From: Akkermansia sp.
Lineage (GTDB): Bacteria > Verrucomicrobiota > Verrucomicrobiia > Verrucomicrobiales > Akkermansiaceae
Direction of reading: 5' to 3'
DNA: 64,000 nt
Assembly: GCA_045646505.1 (NCBI GenBank)
Contig: JAZRKW010000090.1
Span: 18,955-82,954, forward strand
Shown here: positions 27,247-37,746 of the stretch, in pieces
Position numbering within the stretch: position 1 is the first letter of the stretch
Layout: every line of letters starts with the position of its first letter
The notes under the pieces: model-generated
What the model saw: only the letters and a program-made list of their open reading frames with translations
Told to the model about the DNA's origin: nothing
Databases searched by the model: none
Translations under genes and position numbers: made by a program

Positions 27247-28464
27247 ATGGATTTCCGCACTTATCTTCGTAATTATCCCGACGCTAACGGCTACTACGGC
27301 CGTTTCGGTGGTGCTTATCTACCCAAGGAACTCGAACCGGCATTCAAGGAAATTACCGATGCCTACAACGACATCTGCCAGTCAGCCCAATTCATCAACG
27401 AGCTGCGGCGCATCCGCAAACAGTTCCAGGGACGGCCCACACCGGTATACCACTGCGAGCGACTCTCCCGACTGGTGGGCGGAGCCCAGATTTACCTGAA
27501 ACGCGAAGACCTGAATCACACCGGAGCCCACAAGCTCAACCACTGCATGGGTGAAGGTCTGCTGGCCAAGTTCATGGGCAAAAAGAAGATTATTGCCGAA
27601 ACCGGCGCCGGGCAACACGGCGTGGCTCTGGCCACAGCTGCGGCCTACTTCGGGCTGGAGTGCGAAATCCACATGGGCGCAGTCGATATTGCCAAACAAG
27701 CACCGAACGTAACCCGCATGAAGATGCTGGGTGCCAATGTGGTATGCGTGACCCACGGTCTGCAGACTCTCAAGGAGGCGGTCGACAGTGCCTTCGAGGC
27801 CTACCTGCGCGACTACAAGAACGCCATTTACTGCATCGGTTCCGTGCTGGGGCCGCACCCCTTCCCCATGATGGTGCGCGACTTCCAGATGGTCATCGGC
27901 CACGAGGCCCGCGCCCAGTTCGAAGAAATGACCGGGCACCTGCCGGACGTGGTCTGCGCCTGTGTGGGCGGCGGCTCCAACGCCATGGGCATGTTCCCCG
28001 CATTCCTTGGCGACCCGGTGGATATCTACGGTGTAGAACCCCTGGGCCACGGTCCTTCTCTGGGCGACCACTCAGCCTCCATCACCTATGGTACCGAAGG
28101 TATCATGCACGGCTTCAACTCCATCATGCTCAAGGATGAAAATGGCGAACCCGGCCCGGTATACTCCGTGGCCAGTGGTCTGGACTACCCCTCTGTGGGC
28201 CCCGAGCACGCATTCCTGCATGATATCGGCCGCGTGAAATATGAAACCGTAAGCGATGAAGAAGCCGTAGATGCCTTCTTCAAGCTCTGCCGTTACGAAG
28301 GTATTATCCCCGCTTTGGAAAGCTCCCACGCGGTAGCCTTTGCCATCCGCAAAGCGAAGGAAATGCGCCGTGGTTCCATTTTAGCAAACTGCTCCGGCCG
28401 CGGGGATAAAGATGTCGACTATATTGCCGAGCACTTCGGTTACGGCGACGAGCACAAGTTCTGA
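27247..28464 (+). CDS. trpB: Tryptophan synthase beta chain
   Basis: [53 protein letters not shown]; start chosen downstream of TTGCAC-N17-TAATAT. Confidence 0.95.
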   Translation: MDFRTYLRNYPDANGYYGRFGGAYLPKELEPAFKEITDAYNDICQSAQFINELRRIRKQFQGRPTPVYHCERLSRLVGGAQIYLKREDLNHTGAHKLNHCMGEGLLAKFMGKKKIIAETGAGQHGVALATAAAYFGLECEIHMGAVDIAKQAPNVTRMKMLGANVVCVTHGLQTLKEAVDSAFEAYLRDYKNAIYCIGSVLGPHPFPMMVRDFQMVIGHEARAQFEEMTGHLPDVVCACVGGGSNAMGMFPAFLGDPVDIYGVEPLGHGPSLGDHSASITYGTEGIMHGFNSIMLKDENGEPGPVYSVASGLDYPSVGPEHAFLHDIGRVKYETVSDEEAVDAFFKLCRYEGIIPALESSHAVAFAIRKAKEMRRGSILANCSGRGDKDVDYIAEHFGYGDEHKF

Positions 28465-28479
28465 CGAATTCTCTACCAG

Positions 28480-28512
28480 ACACCGTGGATGCCCCGGCTC
28501 CACGGTGTTTTT
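28480..28512 (+). terminator. Intrinsic terminator after trpB
   Basis: acaccgtgga...tccacggtgt then tttt. Confidence 0.75.
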
Positions 28513-28519
28513 CGCATTT

Positions 28520-28870
28520 ATGAAACATCTCTTTCCTCTACTGCTACTCCTGACAAGCTGCACGCTCACCAAGCAGACAAGTTCACTGCATGAAGCCGTG
28601 AAGCGCAATGACTCTGCAGCAGTGGCACGGCTGATTGCCAAAGGAACAGCAGTAGATACGAAAGATGCAGACGGGCTCACCCCGCTCATGCTTGCCTGCA
28701 TGAACCTGCAGGAAGAAAACATCCGGCTGCTTATCCGAGCCGGAGCAAATCCCCACAATCCGAATGCAGCCGGCACCACGGCTGCCCACATGCTTGAGCG
28801 GGGGGATTCCATTCCCTCACGAGTCAAAGCATGCCGCAAGGCTATGCTTGAAGAGCTCCGCCGCCGATAA
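28520..28870 (+). CDS. Ankyrin-repeat lipoprotein
   Basis: Lipobox LLTSC; SSLHEAV, DADGLTPLMLAC, GTTAAH. Confidence 0.8.
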   Translation: MKHLFPLLLLLTSCTLTKQTSSLHEAVKRNDSAAVARLIAKGTAVDTKDADGLTPLMLACMNLQEENIRLLIRAGANPHNPNAAGTTAAHMLERGDSIPSRVKACRKAMLEELRRR

Positions 28871-28889
28871 TTGCTTTTTCCATTTACCC

Positions 28890-29426
28890 ATGAAACGAAT
28901 TCTCCTCACCCTTGGCTTCCTGTTAACGAGTATCAGCTCGGCATCTGTGGGAACATATCAACGCGATGCAACTCCCCTGCCCCTGCCGCCGGGATATCAG
29001 ATGCCGGCAGCTGGTAAAAGCGCATCCAGGTTCAACAGAAAACCAGTTCCACCGTATTGGGATGCCTCCAGCCGTCAACTGATTGTAGAATGTTGTCACC
29101 CGCCCGTCTGCCGCAACGGTGTCAGCCATTTCTACACCAGCGTCTACCAGTTATCCACAGACGGCAGAAAACTGACCTGCACCCGGCGCATGTGGCAAAG
29201 CCACAAGCCAGCGGAAGAAGCTCACTGCCGCACATTCAGCTCAACCAGCGACACGCCCTGCACCTTTACCGATGGCGCTACCACCGTTGTATTCAAAACA
29301 GATGCCCAGGGAGCCATCACTCAAGTCACCTTGTATGGTAAACTCTTCGGCGACACTCTGCCGGAGAACGGAAAAATCTTCTTTCCCAGTGAAAAGGTGC
29401 CCGCACTGATTCAGCTCGTCCCCTGA
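28890..29426 (+). CDS. Hypothetical secreted protein
   Basis: Signal peptide MKRILLTLGFLLTSISSA; several Cys. Confidence 0.65.
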   Translation: MKRILLTLGFLLTSISSASVGTYQRDATPLPLPPGYQMPAAGKSASRFNRKPVPPYWDASSRQLIVECCHPPVCRNGVSHFYTSVYQLSTDGRKLTCTRRMWQSHKPAEEAHCRTFSSTSDTPCTFTDGATTVVFKTDAQGAITQVTLYGKLFGDTLPENGKIFFPSEKVPALIQLVP

Positions 29427-29505
29427 TTCTCAAGGTGCATGTCTCAGTCACGATTCATTCTTTCATCTTGCCAATATAAGATTCTTACCTTTATCCCATA
29501 GAACC

Positions 29506-30717
29506 ATGAAGAAGATTTTTACAACAGCCGCCTTAGCATGCACCTTGTTAGCCAACGGCTCCGAAGAAGCCATGCAGCAAGCGCTCAACACATGGCAGCA
29601 ACAGGTTGCCGCCTATGAAGAAGCCATCAAAGCTGCACCGGATGACGAAACGCGCGCCACTATCCCCGCCCCCAACGACAGGGCTATTGCTCCCATTCTC
29701 TGGCAATCCATCAACGCCCGCACCGGCACCCGTAAAAATGATAAAGGCAAAGGTTCAGTTCCAACATTTGAGTTTGAAAAGCCCTGGGCTCTTCCTGGTA
29801 TCGTATGGATACTGGAACACCCACAGGCTTTCACTGCCGCTTTCACAGAAGATGAACAGGCTCAGCTCACATATTTCGGCAACGCTCTGGTGGACTCGCT
29901 CAGCCGGGTTCATTTCAATCATCCCGGCATCGGTGCCGCCTGTCCGAGTCTTTCTGTAACCTCCAGCGTCCGCGAATACGAACTACTCCTGAAAATCTAC
30001 CAGCGGAATCAGCATAAAAGCGCCCGCGCCTGTGCAGCTCTGGGCATGAGTCTCATGCTCAACAACCCCATGGTCAGCAGCATTGAAGGCAGTGAATCCA
30101 TGGCTCGGGCCAAACGAATTTATTATCTCAAGCAAGCCATTCTGCTGGCAGAGAAAGACACCCGGTTCGGGGCCCGCCCCATCACTGAGATTGCCATGGA
30201 ACAAGCCTATTTCCTCCGGCATCTGGCAGTGGGCTGCATTGCCCCTCGCCTCCAGGTCAAAGATATGCAGGGAATCTCTCACACTTTCCCTGAACCCGGA
30301 AAGGTAAATCTCATTATCTTCTGGTCGCCCGTTGACGCAGCCGGCACCTCCATGGTGCGCGATCTTGACAAACTGCAGGCACAATACCCCAGCGTGACAA
30401 TCTGCCCGATTATGCCATACGAGGATACAAAAGCGCTCGAGGCACTGGAAATCGACTTCTCATTCACCGATGATGCCAAGGGCACAGCGGGCACAACATA
30501 CCGGGTAGCACAGCTGCCTACAGCCATTCTCATCGGTAAAGACAGCACCATCCTCTACGGTGGAGCTCCGGATATGAAGCTGCAGCAAGCTCTCGAAAAA
30601 ATCGCTACGACAGATAAACCCAAACGCCCCGCAGTACGAATTCAGGAAACGCCGGCTCCCGCGCCCACACAAAAAGGCGATACAATTCCTGCCCTGCGGG
30701 ATATGCCGGAATTCTAA
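29506..30717 (+). CDS. Exported helical plus TlpA/thioredoxin-fold protein lacking CxxC
   Basis: VGCIAPRLQVKDMQG...GKVNLIIFWSP...YRVAQLPTAILIGKD. Confidence 0.7.
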   Translation: MKKIFTTAALACTLLANGSEEAMQQALNTWQQQVAAYEEAIKAAPDDETRATIPAPNDRAIAPILWQSINARTGTRKNDKGKGSVPTFEFEKPWALPGIVWILEHPQAFTAAFTEDEQAQLTYFGNALVDSLSRVHFNHPGIGAACPSLSVTSSVREYELLLKIYQRNQHKSARACAALGMSLMLNNPMVSSIEGSESMARAKRIYYLKQAILLAEKDTRFGARPITEIAMEQAYFLRHLAVGCIAPRLQVKDMQGISHTFPEPGKVNLIIFWSPVDAAGTSMVRDLDKLQAQYPSVTICPIMPYEDTKALEALEIDFSFTDDAKGTAGTTYRVAQLPTAILIGKDSTILYGGAPDMKLQQALEKIATTDKPKRPAVRIQETPAPAPTQKGDTIPALRDMPEF

Positions 30718-30810
30718 CCACCGTTCTTCATTGAAGATGCTCAGAATACGGACTTCGGCAGTGTTTCCATGTGCATAAAGCACTGCATGATTCCTCTTCG
30801 GAAAGTAAAG

Positions 30811-30843
30811 AAAAAAGCCCCGGTAAAACCGGGGCTTTTTTTT
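30811..30843. terminator. Bidirectional intrinsic terminator
   Basis: aaaaaagccccggt-aaa-accggggctttttttt between convergent genes. Confidence 0.9.
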
Positions 30844-30852
30844 ATGGAAAAC

Positions 30853-31467
30853 TCAATGTTTCTTCCAGCCTGGCTTGTGGCGGGAGGCAAGTTCCTCGAT
30901 AACCTGCTCAATGCGGAGTCCCTTGGAAGTGAGCAGCACGATGAGGTGGTAGAACATATCGGAGGCCTCGTAAATCAGGCGTTCGTTGGTGCCGTTGCAG
31001 GCTTCAAGGCAGGCTTCCAAAGCTTCCTCACCCACCTTCTGGGCCATGCGGTTGATACCATCGCGGAAAAGGCTGGTGGTGTAGGACCCCTCGGGCATCT
31101 CCTCGTGGCGCTTGTTGATGAAATCCTGCAGTTCGGTGAGGAACAGCAACGGGCTGGCCTCATTCTTCTCGCCCCAGCAGGTATCTGTACCGGTATGGCA
31201 CACAGGGCCATGCGGCGTGACCTGAATAAGCAGCGTATCATTATCGCAATCCACCTTGATGCTCACCACATCAAGATAGTTGCCGCTTGTTTCACCCTTG
31301 GTCCACAGGCACTGGCGGCTCCGACTATAGAAGCACACGCGCCCGGTTTCCTGGGTTCTGGCAAAGGATTCAGCGTTCATATAGCCCAGCATAAGCACCT
31401 TGCCCGTGGCGGCATCCTGAATAATGGCGGGCACCAGGCCGCCGCACTTGTCGAAGTCGATTGTCAT
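30853..31467 (-). CDS. hisIE: Phosphoribosyl-AMP cyclohydrolase / phosphoribosyl-ATP pyrophosphatase
   Basis: [41 protein letters not shown]. Confidence 0.95.
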   Translation of the reverse strand: MTIDFDKCGGLVPAIIQDAATGKVLMLGYMNAESFARTQETGRVCFYSRSRQCLWTKGETSGNYLDVVSIKVDCDNDTLLIQVTPHGPVCHTGTDTCWGEKNEASPLLFLTELQDFINKRHEEMPEGSYTTSLFRDGINRMAQKVGEEALEACLEACNGTNERLIYEASDMFYHLIVLLTSKGLRIEQVIEELASRHKPGWKKH

Positions 31468-31613
31468 ACGCGGAATTAAGCGGTTGCGGGCAGAGTATAC
31501 CACATGTTCGGGAAATTGCCACCTTTTTTTACTGCAGCACAAACCAGTTACGACATTTCAGCACCAGAATGCAAAAAAACAGCACCAAAAATGGTCTCAC
31601 GGCAGCACACGCT

Positions 31614-32069
31614 CTAACGGCGGGGTAGATTCTTCTCTACGTATTGAATGAAGTGCGTTTTGAACGGCTCTCTGCCGGCGATATTGTACAGATTGGTCAT
31701 TCCCCAGTCATCATAAACATAGGTACGTGATACAGGCTTAGGAATGGGGGCGGGATTGCGACGTTCCAGCTCCAGCTCGGATATATATGTTCTCTGCTGC
31801 ACATCATAATAACGCAAGGGGTCTCCATTCAGCCAGGTTGTAAGCGTTAAATATCCCTCATACTCCAGGCAAACATCCACAGGCGAGCTGAAAAAACGAC
31901 AATAAATCGTCTCTCCCTGCCAGGAAACAACCTCGACAATGCACTGCGTAGACGAAGAACCAGGTACGGTGATATGCCACCAGCTGATACCGCCTACCCT
32001 GGCCCAGCGAGGCATGAACATCATCAGCAGCAAGCCCAGTACGAAAAGCAACAGAACAATTTTCTTCAT
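31614..32069 (-). CDS. Hypothetical exported protein inside the his cluster
   Basis: Signal-like MKKIVLLLFVLGLLLM; 151 aa. Confidence 0.65.
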   Translation of the reverse strand: MKKIVLLLFVLGLLLMMFMPRWARVGGISWWHITVPGSSSTQCIVEVVSWQGETIYCRFFSSPVDVCLEYEGYLTLTTWLNGDPLRYYDVQQRTYISELELERRNPAPIPKPVSRTYVYDDWGMTNLYNIAGREPFKTHFIQYVEKNLPRR

Positions 32070-32144
32070 GGCACCGATAAATCAGAAGCCCCCCCGTTGA
32101 GTAACACGCTCTCAGGGAGGGCTGCTTTTAAATGAATCCTGCCT

Positions 32145-32900
32145 TTACAGTCTCACGCAGATACCTTCGTTGTGAAGGTATTGCTTGAGCTCCGGGATTT
32201 TGATTTCGCCGAAGTGGAACACGCTGGCAGCCAGAGCTGCATCAGCATGTCCCAGTCGGAAAGCATCCGCAAAGTGTTCCCTGGCACCGGCACCGCCGCT
32301 GGCGATGACGGGGATGCTGAGTTCATCGGACAAGCGGGCCAGCGCCTCATTCGGGAAGCCCTGCTTCACGCCATCGTGGTCCATGCTGGTGAAAAGAATT
32401 TCACCGGCACCGCGGTCGGCCACCTCGCGAGCCCAGTCAAACAGGGTGCGTTCCACGCGGATGCGGCCACCATTCACATAGCAATACCAGCCATCGGCAT
32501 CGCAGCGGGCATCGATGGCGGCCACGCATACCTGGGAACCGAAGTGAGAGGCGATATCATTCACCAGCTGCGGGTTGCGGATAGCGGCGGAGTTCAGACT
32601 CACCTTGTCGGCACCGGCTTCCAGCAGGCGGGCCACATCTGCCAGCTCATGAATACCACCACCCACGGTAAAAGGAATGGAAATGGCGGCAGCCACACGG
32701 GAAACCATATCAGTGAAGGTCTTGCGGCCTTCGTGCGTGGCAGCGATATCGAGGAACACGAGTTCATCGGCACCCTGCTCGCTGTAGGCCTTGCCCAGCG
32801 CCACGGGGTCGCCTGCATCGCGCAGGTTCACGAAATTGATACCTTTGACGGTACGACCGTCCTTCACGTCCAGACAGGGGATGATGCGTTTGGCGAGCAT
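32145..32900 (-). CDS. hisF: Imidazole glycerol phosphate synthase cyclase subunit
   Basis: [38 protein letters not shown]. Confidence 0.97.
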   Translation of the reverse strand: MLAKRIIPCLDVKDGRTVKGINFVNLRDAGDPVALGKAYSEQGADELVFLDIAATHEGRKTFTDMVSRVAAAISIPFTVGGGIHELADVARLLEAGADKVSLNSAAIRNPQLVNDIASHFGSQVCVAAIDARCDADGWYCYVNGGRIRVERTLFDWAREVADRGAGEILFTSMDHDGVKQGFPNEALARLSDELSIPVIASGGAGAREHFADAFRLGHADAALAASVFHFGEIKIPELKQYLHNEGICVRL

Positions 32901-32908
32901 AAAGGGAA

Positions 32909-32999
32909 TGATTAGTGATTAGTGATTAGTGATTAGTGATTAGTGATTAGTGATTAGTGATTAGTGATTAATGATTAATGATTAATGATTAGTGATTAA
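32909..32999. repeat. Heptanucleotide tandem repeat (TGATTAR)x13
   Basis: 8x TGATTAG, 3x TGATTAA, 1x TGATTAG, 1x TGATTAA. Confidence 0.95.
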
Positions 33000-33698
33000 T
33001 TGTTGAAGATTGATGCGGCCTTCATAGTAGGCTTTGCCGAAGACCACGGAGGGGATGCCGGCGGCATCGAGCGCGCGGATATCCTCAGTGCAGCTCACGC
33101 CGCCACTGGCAATAAGCCGGCAGCCGGGGTGCTTCGCCATGATTTCCTGATACAGCGCGGTATTCGGGCCACCCAGGGTACCATCGCGGGAAATATCGGT
33201 GCAGAGCACGCGGGTGATGCCGTGGCTCATGTAGAAGCTCACGAATTCATCCAGGCTCATGCCGCCGTCCTCACGCCAGCCCTTAATCATCACGCGGCCA
33301 TTCAGCGCATCAGCACCCACGATGAAGCGATCCGGGCCATATTTTTCTGCCCACTTCAGCAGACGCTGCGGGTCGGTGGCAGCCAGGCTGCCCACTGTCA
33401 CCATGGCGGCTCCATGGTCGAAAGCGGCCTGCAGGTCACTCTCCTGCTTGATACCACCGCCGAAATCCACTGTCATGCCCAGAGCTGTGATTTTCTTCAG
33501 CGTCTCCAGGTTCACAATGTGGTCTGCCTTGGCTCCATCGAGGTCCACCACATGCAGACGACGCACTCCCATATCATAGAAACGGCGGGCCACGTCCTCT
33601 GGATGCGGGTCATAGGTCTTCCGGGCAGCGTAGTCGCCCTTGGTCAGGCGCACGCACTGCCCCCCGATGATATCGATTGCGGGAATGAGCTCAATCAT
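32982..33698 (-). CDS. hisA: ProFAR isomerase
   Basis: MIELIPAIDIIGGQCVRLTKGDY, LHVVDLDGA, GGGI, TDISRDG, IASGGV. Confidence 0.96.
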   Translation of the reverse strand: MIELIPAIDIIGGQCVRLTKGDYAARKTYDPHPEDVARRFYDMGVRRLHVVDLDGAKADHIVNLETLKKITALGMTVDFGGGIKQESDLQAAFDHGAAMVTVGSLAATDPQRLLKWAEKYGPDRFIVGADALNGRVMIKGWREDGGMSLDEFVSFYMSHGITRVLCTDISRDGTLGGPNTALYQEIMAKHPGCRLIASGGVSCTEDIRALDAAGIPSVVFGKAYYEGRINLQQLITNH

Positions 33699-34299
33699 GG
33701 CAGAGATGGATGAAATTGTGAAGAATGCGCAGCCCCACATCACCGCTCTTTTCGGGGTGGAACTGGGTAGTGTAGAAATTGCCACGACGCAGCGCAGACG
33801 CATAGGTCACGCCGCCATAGGTAGTGCGGGCAATGGCATCGGCACAGTCAGGCACATAGAAACTGTGCACAAAATAGACGAAATCGCCCTCTTTAAGCCC
33901 GTCAAAAAGCGGAGTGCTGAGATTTTCGATGGTATTCCAGCCGATCTGGGGGATTTTCACGCGCCCCTCCTCACAAGCAGACGGGAAACGCACCACCGGA
34001 CTGTTGAACACGCCAAGGCACGGGGTATCACCCTCCTCGGAATGGGCGCAGAGCAACTGCTGACCGATGCAGATACCCAGCACCGGCTGCTTCAGGTTAC
34101 GAATCACCTCACCCAGGCCGCTTTCACGCAGATATGCCATGGTGTTAGCGGCTTCCCCCTGCCCTGGAAAGATAACACGGTCGGCACTGGCGAGTTCGGC
34201 GGCATCATCCGTCACCACCGGCGCCACACCGATGCGGTGGAGAGCATTGATGACGGAGCGGATGTTACCCGCATTGTATCTGACAACGGCTACTTTCAT
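33691..34299 (-). CDS. hisH: Imidazole glycerol phosphate synthase glutaminase subunit
   Basis: GNIRSV, GICIGQQLL, YFVHSF, QFHPEKS. Confidence 0.96.
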   Translation of the reverse strand: MKVAVVRYNAGNIRSVINALHRIGVAPVVTDDAAELASADRVIFPGQGEAANTMAYLRESGLGEVIRNLKQPVLGICIGQQLLCAHSEEGDTPCLGVFNSPVVRFPSACEEGRVKIPQIGWNTIENLSTPLFDGLKEGDFVYFVHSFYVPDCADAIARTTYGGVTYASALRRGNFYTTQFHPEKSGDVGLRILHNFIHLCHD

Positions 34300-34302
34300 A
34301 CC

Positions 34303-35373
34303 TCAAAGCGTTCCCTTGCTGGAAGGCAGCACCAGGTGGCGCACATCGCGCTGCACAGCCACGCGGATAGCGCGGGCCAGTGCCTTGAACGAGCCCTCAA
34401 TCTTGTGATGTTCATTATCTCCTTCCGCCTTGATGCTGAGGTTCATGAGAGCAGCATCACTCAGACTCTTGAAAAAGTGGTAAAACATCTCTGTGGGCAT
34501 ATCGCCGATACGCTCACGCTTGTACTCAGCCTCCCACTGCAGCCAGGGGCGGCCACCGAAATCCAGCGCCGCACTGCACAGGCAGTCATCCATAGGCAGG
34601 CAGTAACCGTAGCGTGAAATACCCAGTTTGTTGCCGATGGCCTTGCGGAGGCATTCACCCAGAGCCAGACCGGTATCCTCGATGGTATGGTGTTCGTCCA
34701 CATACAAATCACCCTTAACGCGGATGGTCACGCCCATGCCCCCATGGTGAGCAAGCTGAGCCAGCATGTGGTCAAAAAAGCCCAGGCCGGTGCTCACCTC
34801 GCAGTAACCGGGGCGGTCGAGCTCCAGCTTCACATAGATATCCGTCTCGCGGGTTGTACGCTGCACCTCGGCACTGCGCTCACCTGCCACCAGAATCTCC
34901 GTAATCTTCTTCCAGTCCATGCCGTCGGTTCCAATCTGCAAAGCCTTGCAGCCCAGATTCTGAGCCAGCTGCACATCCGTGGCACGGTCGCCGATGACAT
35001 AGCAATTCGCCAAATCGTAAGAGCCATCCATGTAGGCGGTGAGCATACCTGTACCCGGTTTGCGGGTGGGGGCATTGTCTTGCGGGAAATGGCGGTCGAT
35101 GAGGATATCATCAAACTCCACACCCTCGCCCTTCAAAGTATCGAGGATGAAATTATGCACCGGCCAGAAAGTATCCTCCGGGAAAGAGTCAGTACCAAGG
35201 CCGTCCTGATTGCTCACCATCACGAACTCGTAATCCGTCAGCTCGCGGATGGTACTCAGAGCGCGGAAAGTACCGGGCACAAACACCAGCTTTTCGAAAG
35301 CATCAATCTGCTCATCCGCAGGTTCCTGAATAATCGTACCGTCACGGTCGATGAAAAGGGCCTTTTTTTTCAT
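34303..35373 (-). CDS. hisB: Bifunctional histidinol-phosphatase / imidazoleglycerol-phosphate dehydratase
   Basis: HAD motif FIDRDGT, NQDGLG, RKPGTG, then [22 protein letters not shown]. Confidence 0.96.
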   Translation of the reverse strand: MKKKALFIDRDGTIIQEPADEQIDAFEKLVFVPGTFRALSTIRELTDYEFVMVSNQDGLGTDSFPEDTFWPVHNFILDTLKGEGVEFDDILIDRHFPQDNAPTRKPGTGMLTAYMDGSYDLANCYVIGDRATDVQLAQNLGCKALQIGTDGMDWKKITEILVAGERSAEVQRTTRETDIYVKLELDRPGYCEVSTGLGFFDHMLAQLAHHGGMGVTIRVKGDLYVDEHHTIEDTGLALGECLRKAIGNKLGISRYGYCLPMDDCLCSAALDFGGRPWLQWEAEYKRERIGDMPTEMFYHFFKSLSDAALMNLSIKAEGDNEHHKIEGSFKALARAIRVAVQRDVRHLVLPSSKGTL

Positions 35374-35376
35374 ATA

Positions 35377-37725
35377 TCAGAACTTCTTGAGAGCTGCCAG
35401 CAATTCGTCGTTCTCTGCCGGGGTACCGATGGTGATACGCAGACAATTCTCGCACATGGTGATGCGGTGACGGTTGCGAACGATAATACCCTGGTCCACC
35501 AGCGCATCATAAATACCACAGGCATCATTCACCTTGACCAGGAAGAAGTTGGCGTCGCTGGGATACACCTTCTCGCAGATTGGCAAGGCAGCCACGGCTT
35601 CCATCATACGGGAACGCTCAGAAAGCGCTTCTTCTGCCCAGGCACGGATTTCATCCATGTGCTCCAGACGCTCCATGGCAGCACGCTGGGTGAGGATGTT
35701 CACGTTGTAGGGATACTTCACCTTGTTGAAAAGGCCGATGATTTCCGGATGGGCCAGCGCCATGCCCAGGCGGATACCAGCAGAAGCCCAGGCCTTGGAG
35801 AAGGTGTTGAGTACGATGAGACGCGGATATATATCCAGCAGGGAGATGACCGAAGAGCCCTCCGGCGCGAAATCGATGTAGGCCTCATCCACCACTACAA
35901 TACCGGGGAAAATATCGAGCACCTTGCGGATTTCTGCCAGCGGTAGCAGGTTACCCGTGGGGTTGTTCGGGCTGCAGATGAAGATAACCTTTGTGCAGGG
36001 GGAGTAGATGGACTGCAGGAAGTTCTCGGCATTGAACAAGTACCCCTCCTCCAGAGGGATGGAGTTGTAGCGCACGTTGTTGATATCGGCGCAGACTTCA
36101 TACATGCCGTAGGTGGGGGAAATAGCGGCTACCTCATCCACCCCGGGGGTGCAGAAGGTGCGGAAAATGAGGTCGATGGCCTCATCACTGCCGTTGCCCA
36201 GGAAAATGCGCTCCGGAGCCACGCCCTTGTAGGCGGAAATCTTCTGCTTCAGCTCCCACTGCAGCGGGTCGGGGTAGCGGTTGTTCGGCGCGTTGTGCGG
36301 GCACTCGTTGGCATCCAGGAACACATGGGCGGCCTTGCCGGCATACTCATCGCGGGCAGAACTGTAGGGCTTCAGTTTCAGAATATTCGGACGCACCAGG
36401 CGGGCAATGCGCGTTCCCATATCTTCCTGCGGCATGGCAGCCACCGTCTGCATGCGCAGGGTCATGGCGCGGGCGTGGGCATCCAGCTGCTCGGCCTGAG
36501 CCATGAGCTCCACGGTACTGCCGATGCTGCGAATACCCTCAACACTAAGCGTCTGCAGGGTCATCTTGCGCTGGAAGCTGTCTACACACAGACTGCTGTA
36601 GGCGCGCACGCATCCCATCGTGGGCAGCGTATGATTTGTGCCGCTGGCGTAGTCGCCGGCGCTTTCACAACTGTAGTTCCCCAGGAAAATGGAACCTGCA
36701 TTTACCGTTTCCTTTGCCACGGCATCGGCATCCTGCATGGCGATGATAAGGTGCTCCGGACCATAGGCATTGGTAAAATCGATGCAGTCCTGCTTATCAG
36801 CCAACACGATGATACGGCTGTTGGCAATGGATTTGGCAGCTACTTCTCTGCGGGGAAGCTCCGCCAGCTGTCGGTCAACCTCAACTGCTACGGCTTCTGC
36901 CACTGCGGCATCCGTCGTCACCAGCATAGCCTGACTGTCCGGACCGTGCTCAGCCTGACTCAGTAAATCGGCTGCCACAAAAGCAGGGACACAGGTAGAA
37001 TCAGCCAGCACCTCTACCTCACTGGGACCAGCAGGCATATCAATTGCCACCCCGGCCAGCGAAGCCAGCTGCTTGGCGGCAGTTACATAAGCATTGCCAG
37101 GCCCGAAAATCTTATCCACTTTCGGCACTGTAGCCGTGCCGTATGTCATGGCGGCAATGGCCTGAGCTCCGCCCACCTTGAAAATGCGTTTCACGCCGCA
37201 CAAATCAGCAGCGAAGAGAATGGCGGGATTCACCTTGCCATCCTTACCGGGAGGCGTGCAGAGCACCACTTCCTCGCAACCGGCCACTGCTGCCGGCACC
37301 GCCAGCATAAGCACGGTGGAGAACAACGGTGCCTGACCACCAGGCACATAAAGGCCCACGCGCTGGATGGGCAGCGTACGCTGCTCACAGACCACTCCGG
37401 GGGCAGTCTCCAGCTTCAGCGGAGACTGAGCATTGCGCTGAAGTTCGTGAAAATCATAGATATTGCAGTAGGCAAGCTCAATGGCATCCTTGAGTTCCTG
37501 TGGCACGGCGGCCACAGCCTCTGCTACCTCGGTAGCGGAAACCTCCAGCATTTCCAGTTCCACGCCATCAAAACGGCAACCGAACTCATGCAGCGCCTGA
37601 TCACCACGCTCATGCACCGCATCCATGATGGGACGCACCACATCAAAGAGTTGAGTCACATCAAAGGCCGGGCGACGCACCAGCTCCGCCCACTGTTCCC
37701 GGTTCGGTTCCGTTATGATGGTCAT
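35377..37725 (-). CDS. hisDC: Fused histidinol dehydrogenase (HisD) - histidinol-phosphate aminotransferase (HisC)
   Basis: N-half GLYVPGG, GPGNAYV, DMPAGPSE, DLLSQAEH, GDYASGTNH; C-half LDANE, NRYPD, GNGSDE, PNNPTG, DEAY, TFSKAW in one open frame. Confidence 0.93.
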   Translation of the reverse strand: MTIITEPNREQWAELVRRPAFDVTQLFDVVRPIMDAVHERGDQALHEFGCRFDGVELEMLEVSATEVAEAVAAVPQELKDAIELAYCNIYDFHELQRNAQSPLKLETAPGVVCEQRTLPIQRVGLYVPGGQAPLFSTVLMLAVPAAVAGCEEVVLCTPPGKDGKVNPAILFAADLCGVKRIFKVGGAQAIAAMTYGTATVPKVDKIFGPGNAYVTAAKQLASLAGVAIDMPAGPSEVEVLADSTCVPAFVAADLLSQAEHGPDSQAMLVTTDAAVAEAVAVEVDRQLAELPRREVAAKSIANSRIIVLADKQDCIDFTNAYGPEHLIIAMQDADAVAKETVNAGSIFLGNYSCESAGDYASGTNHTLPTMGCVRAYSSLCVDSFQRKMTLQTLSVEGIRSIGSTVELMAQAEQLDAHARAMTLRMQTVAAMPQEDMGTRIARLVRPNILKLKPYSSARDEYAGKAAHVFLDANECPHNAPNNRYPDPLQWELKQKISAYKGVAPERIFLGNGSDEAIDLIFRTFCTPGVDEVAAISPTYGMYEVCADINNVRYNSIPLEEGYLFNAENFLQSIYSPCTKVIFICSPNNPTGNLLPLAEIRKVLDIFPGIVVVDEAYIDFAPEGSSVISLLDIYPRLIVLNTFSKAWASAGIRLGMALAHPEIIGLFNKVKYPYNVNILTQRAAMERLEHMDEIRAWAEEALSERSRMMEAVAALPICEKVYPSDANFFLVKVNDACGIYDALVDQGIIVRNRHRITMCENCLRITIGTPAENDELLAALKKF

Positions 37726-37746
37726 GTATGGAGAAATAATTTGGAA

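Noticed and set aside
32909-32999. Possible CRISPR array
   Set aside because: Contiguous 7-bp units without spacers
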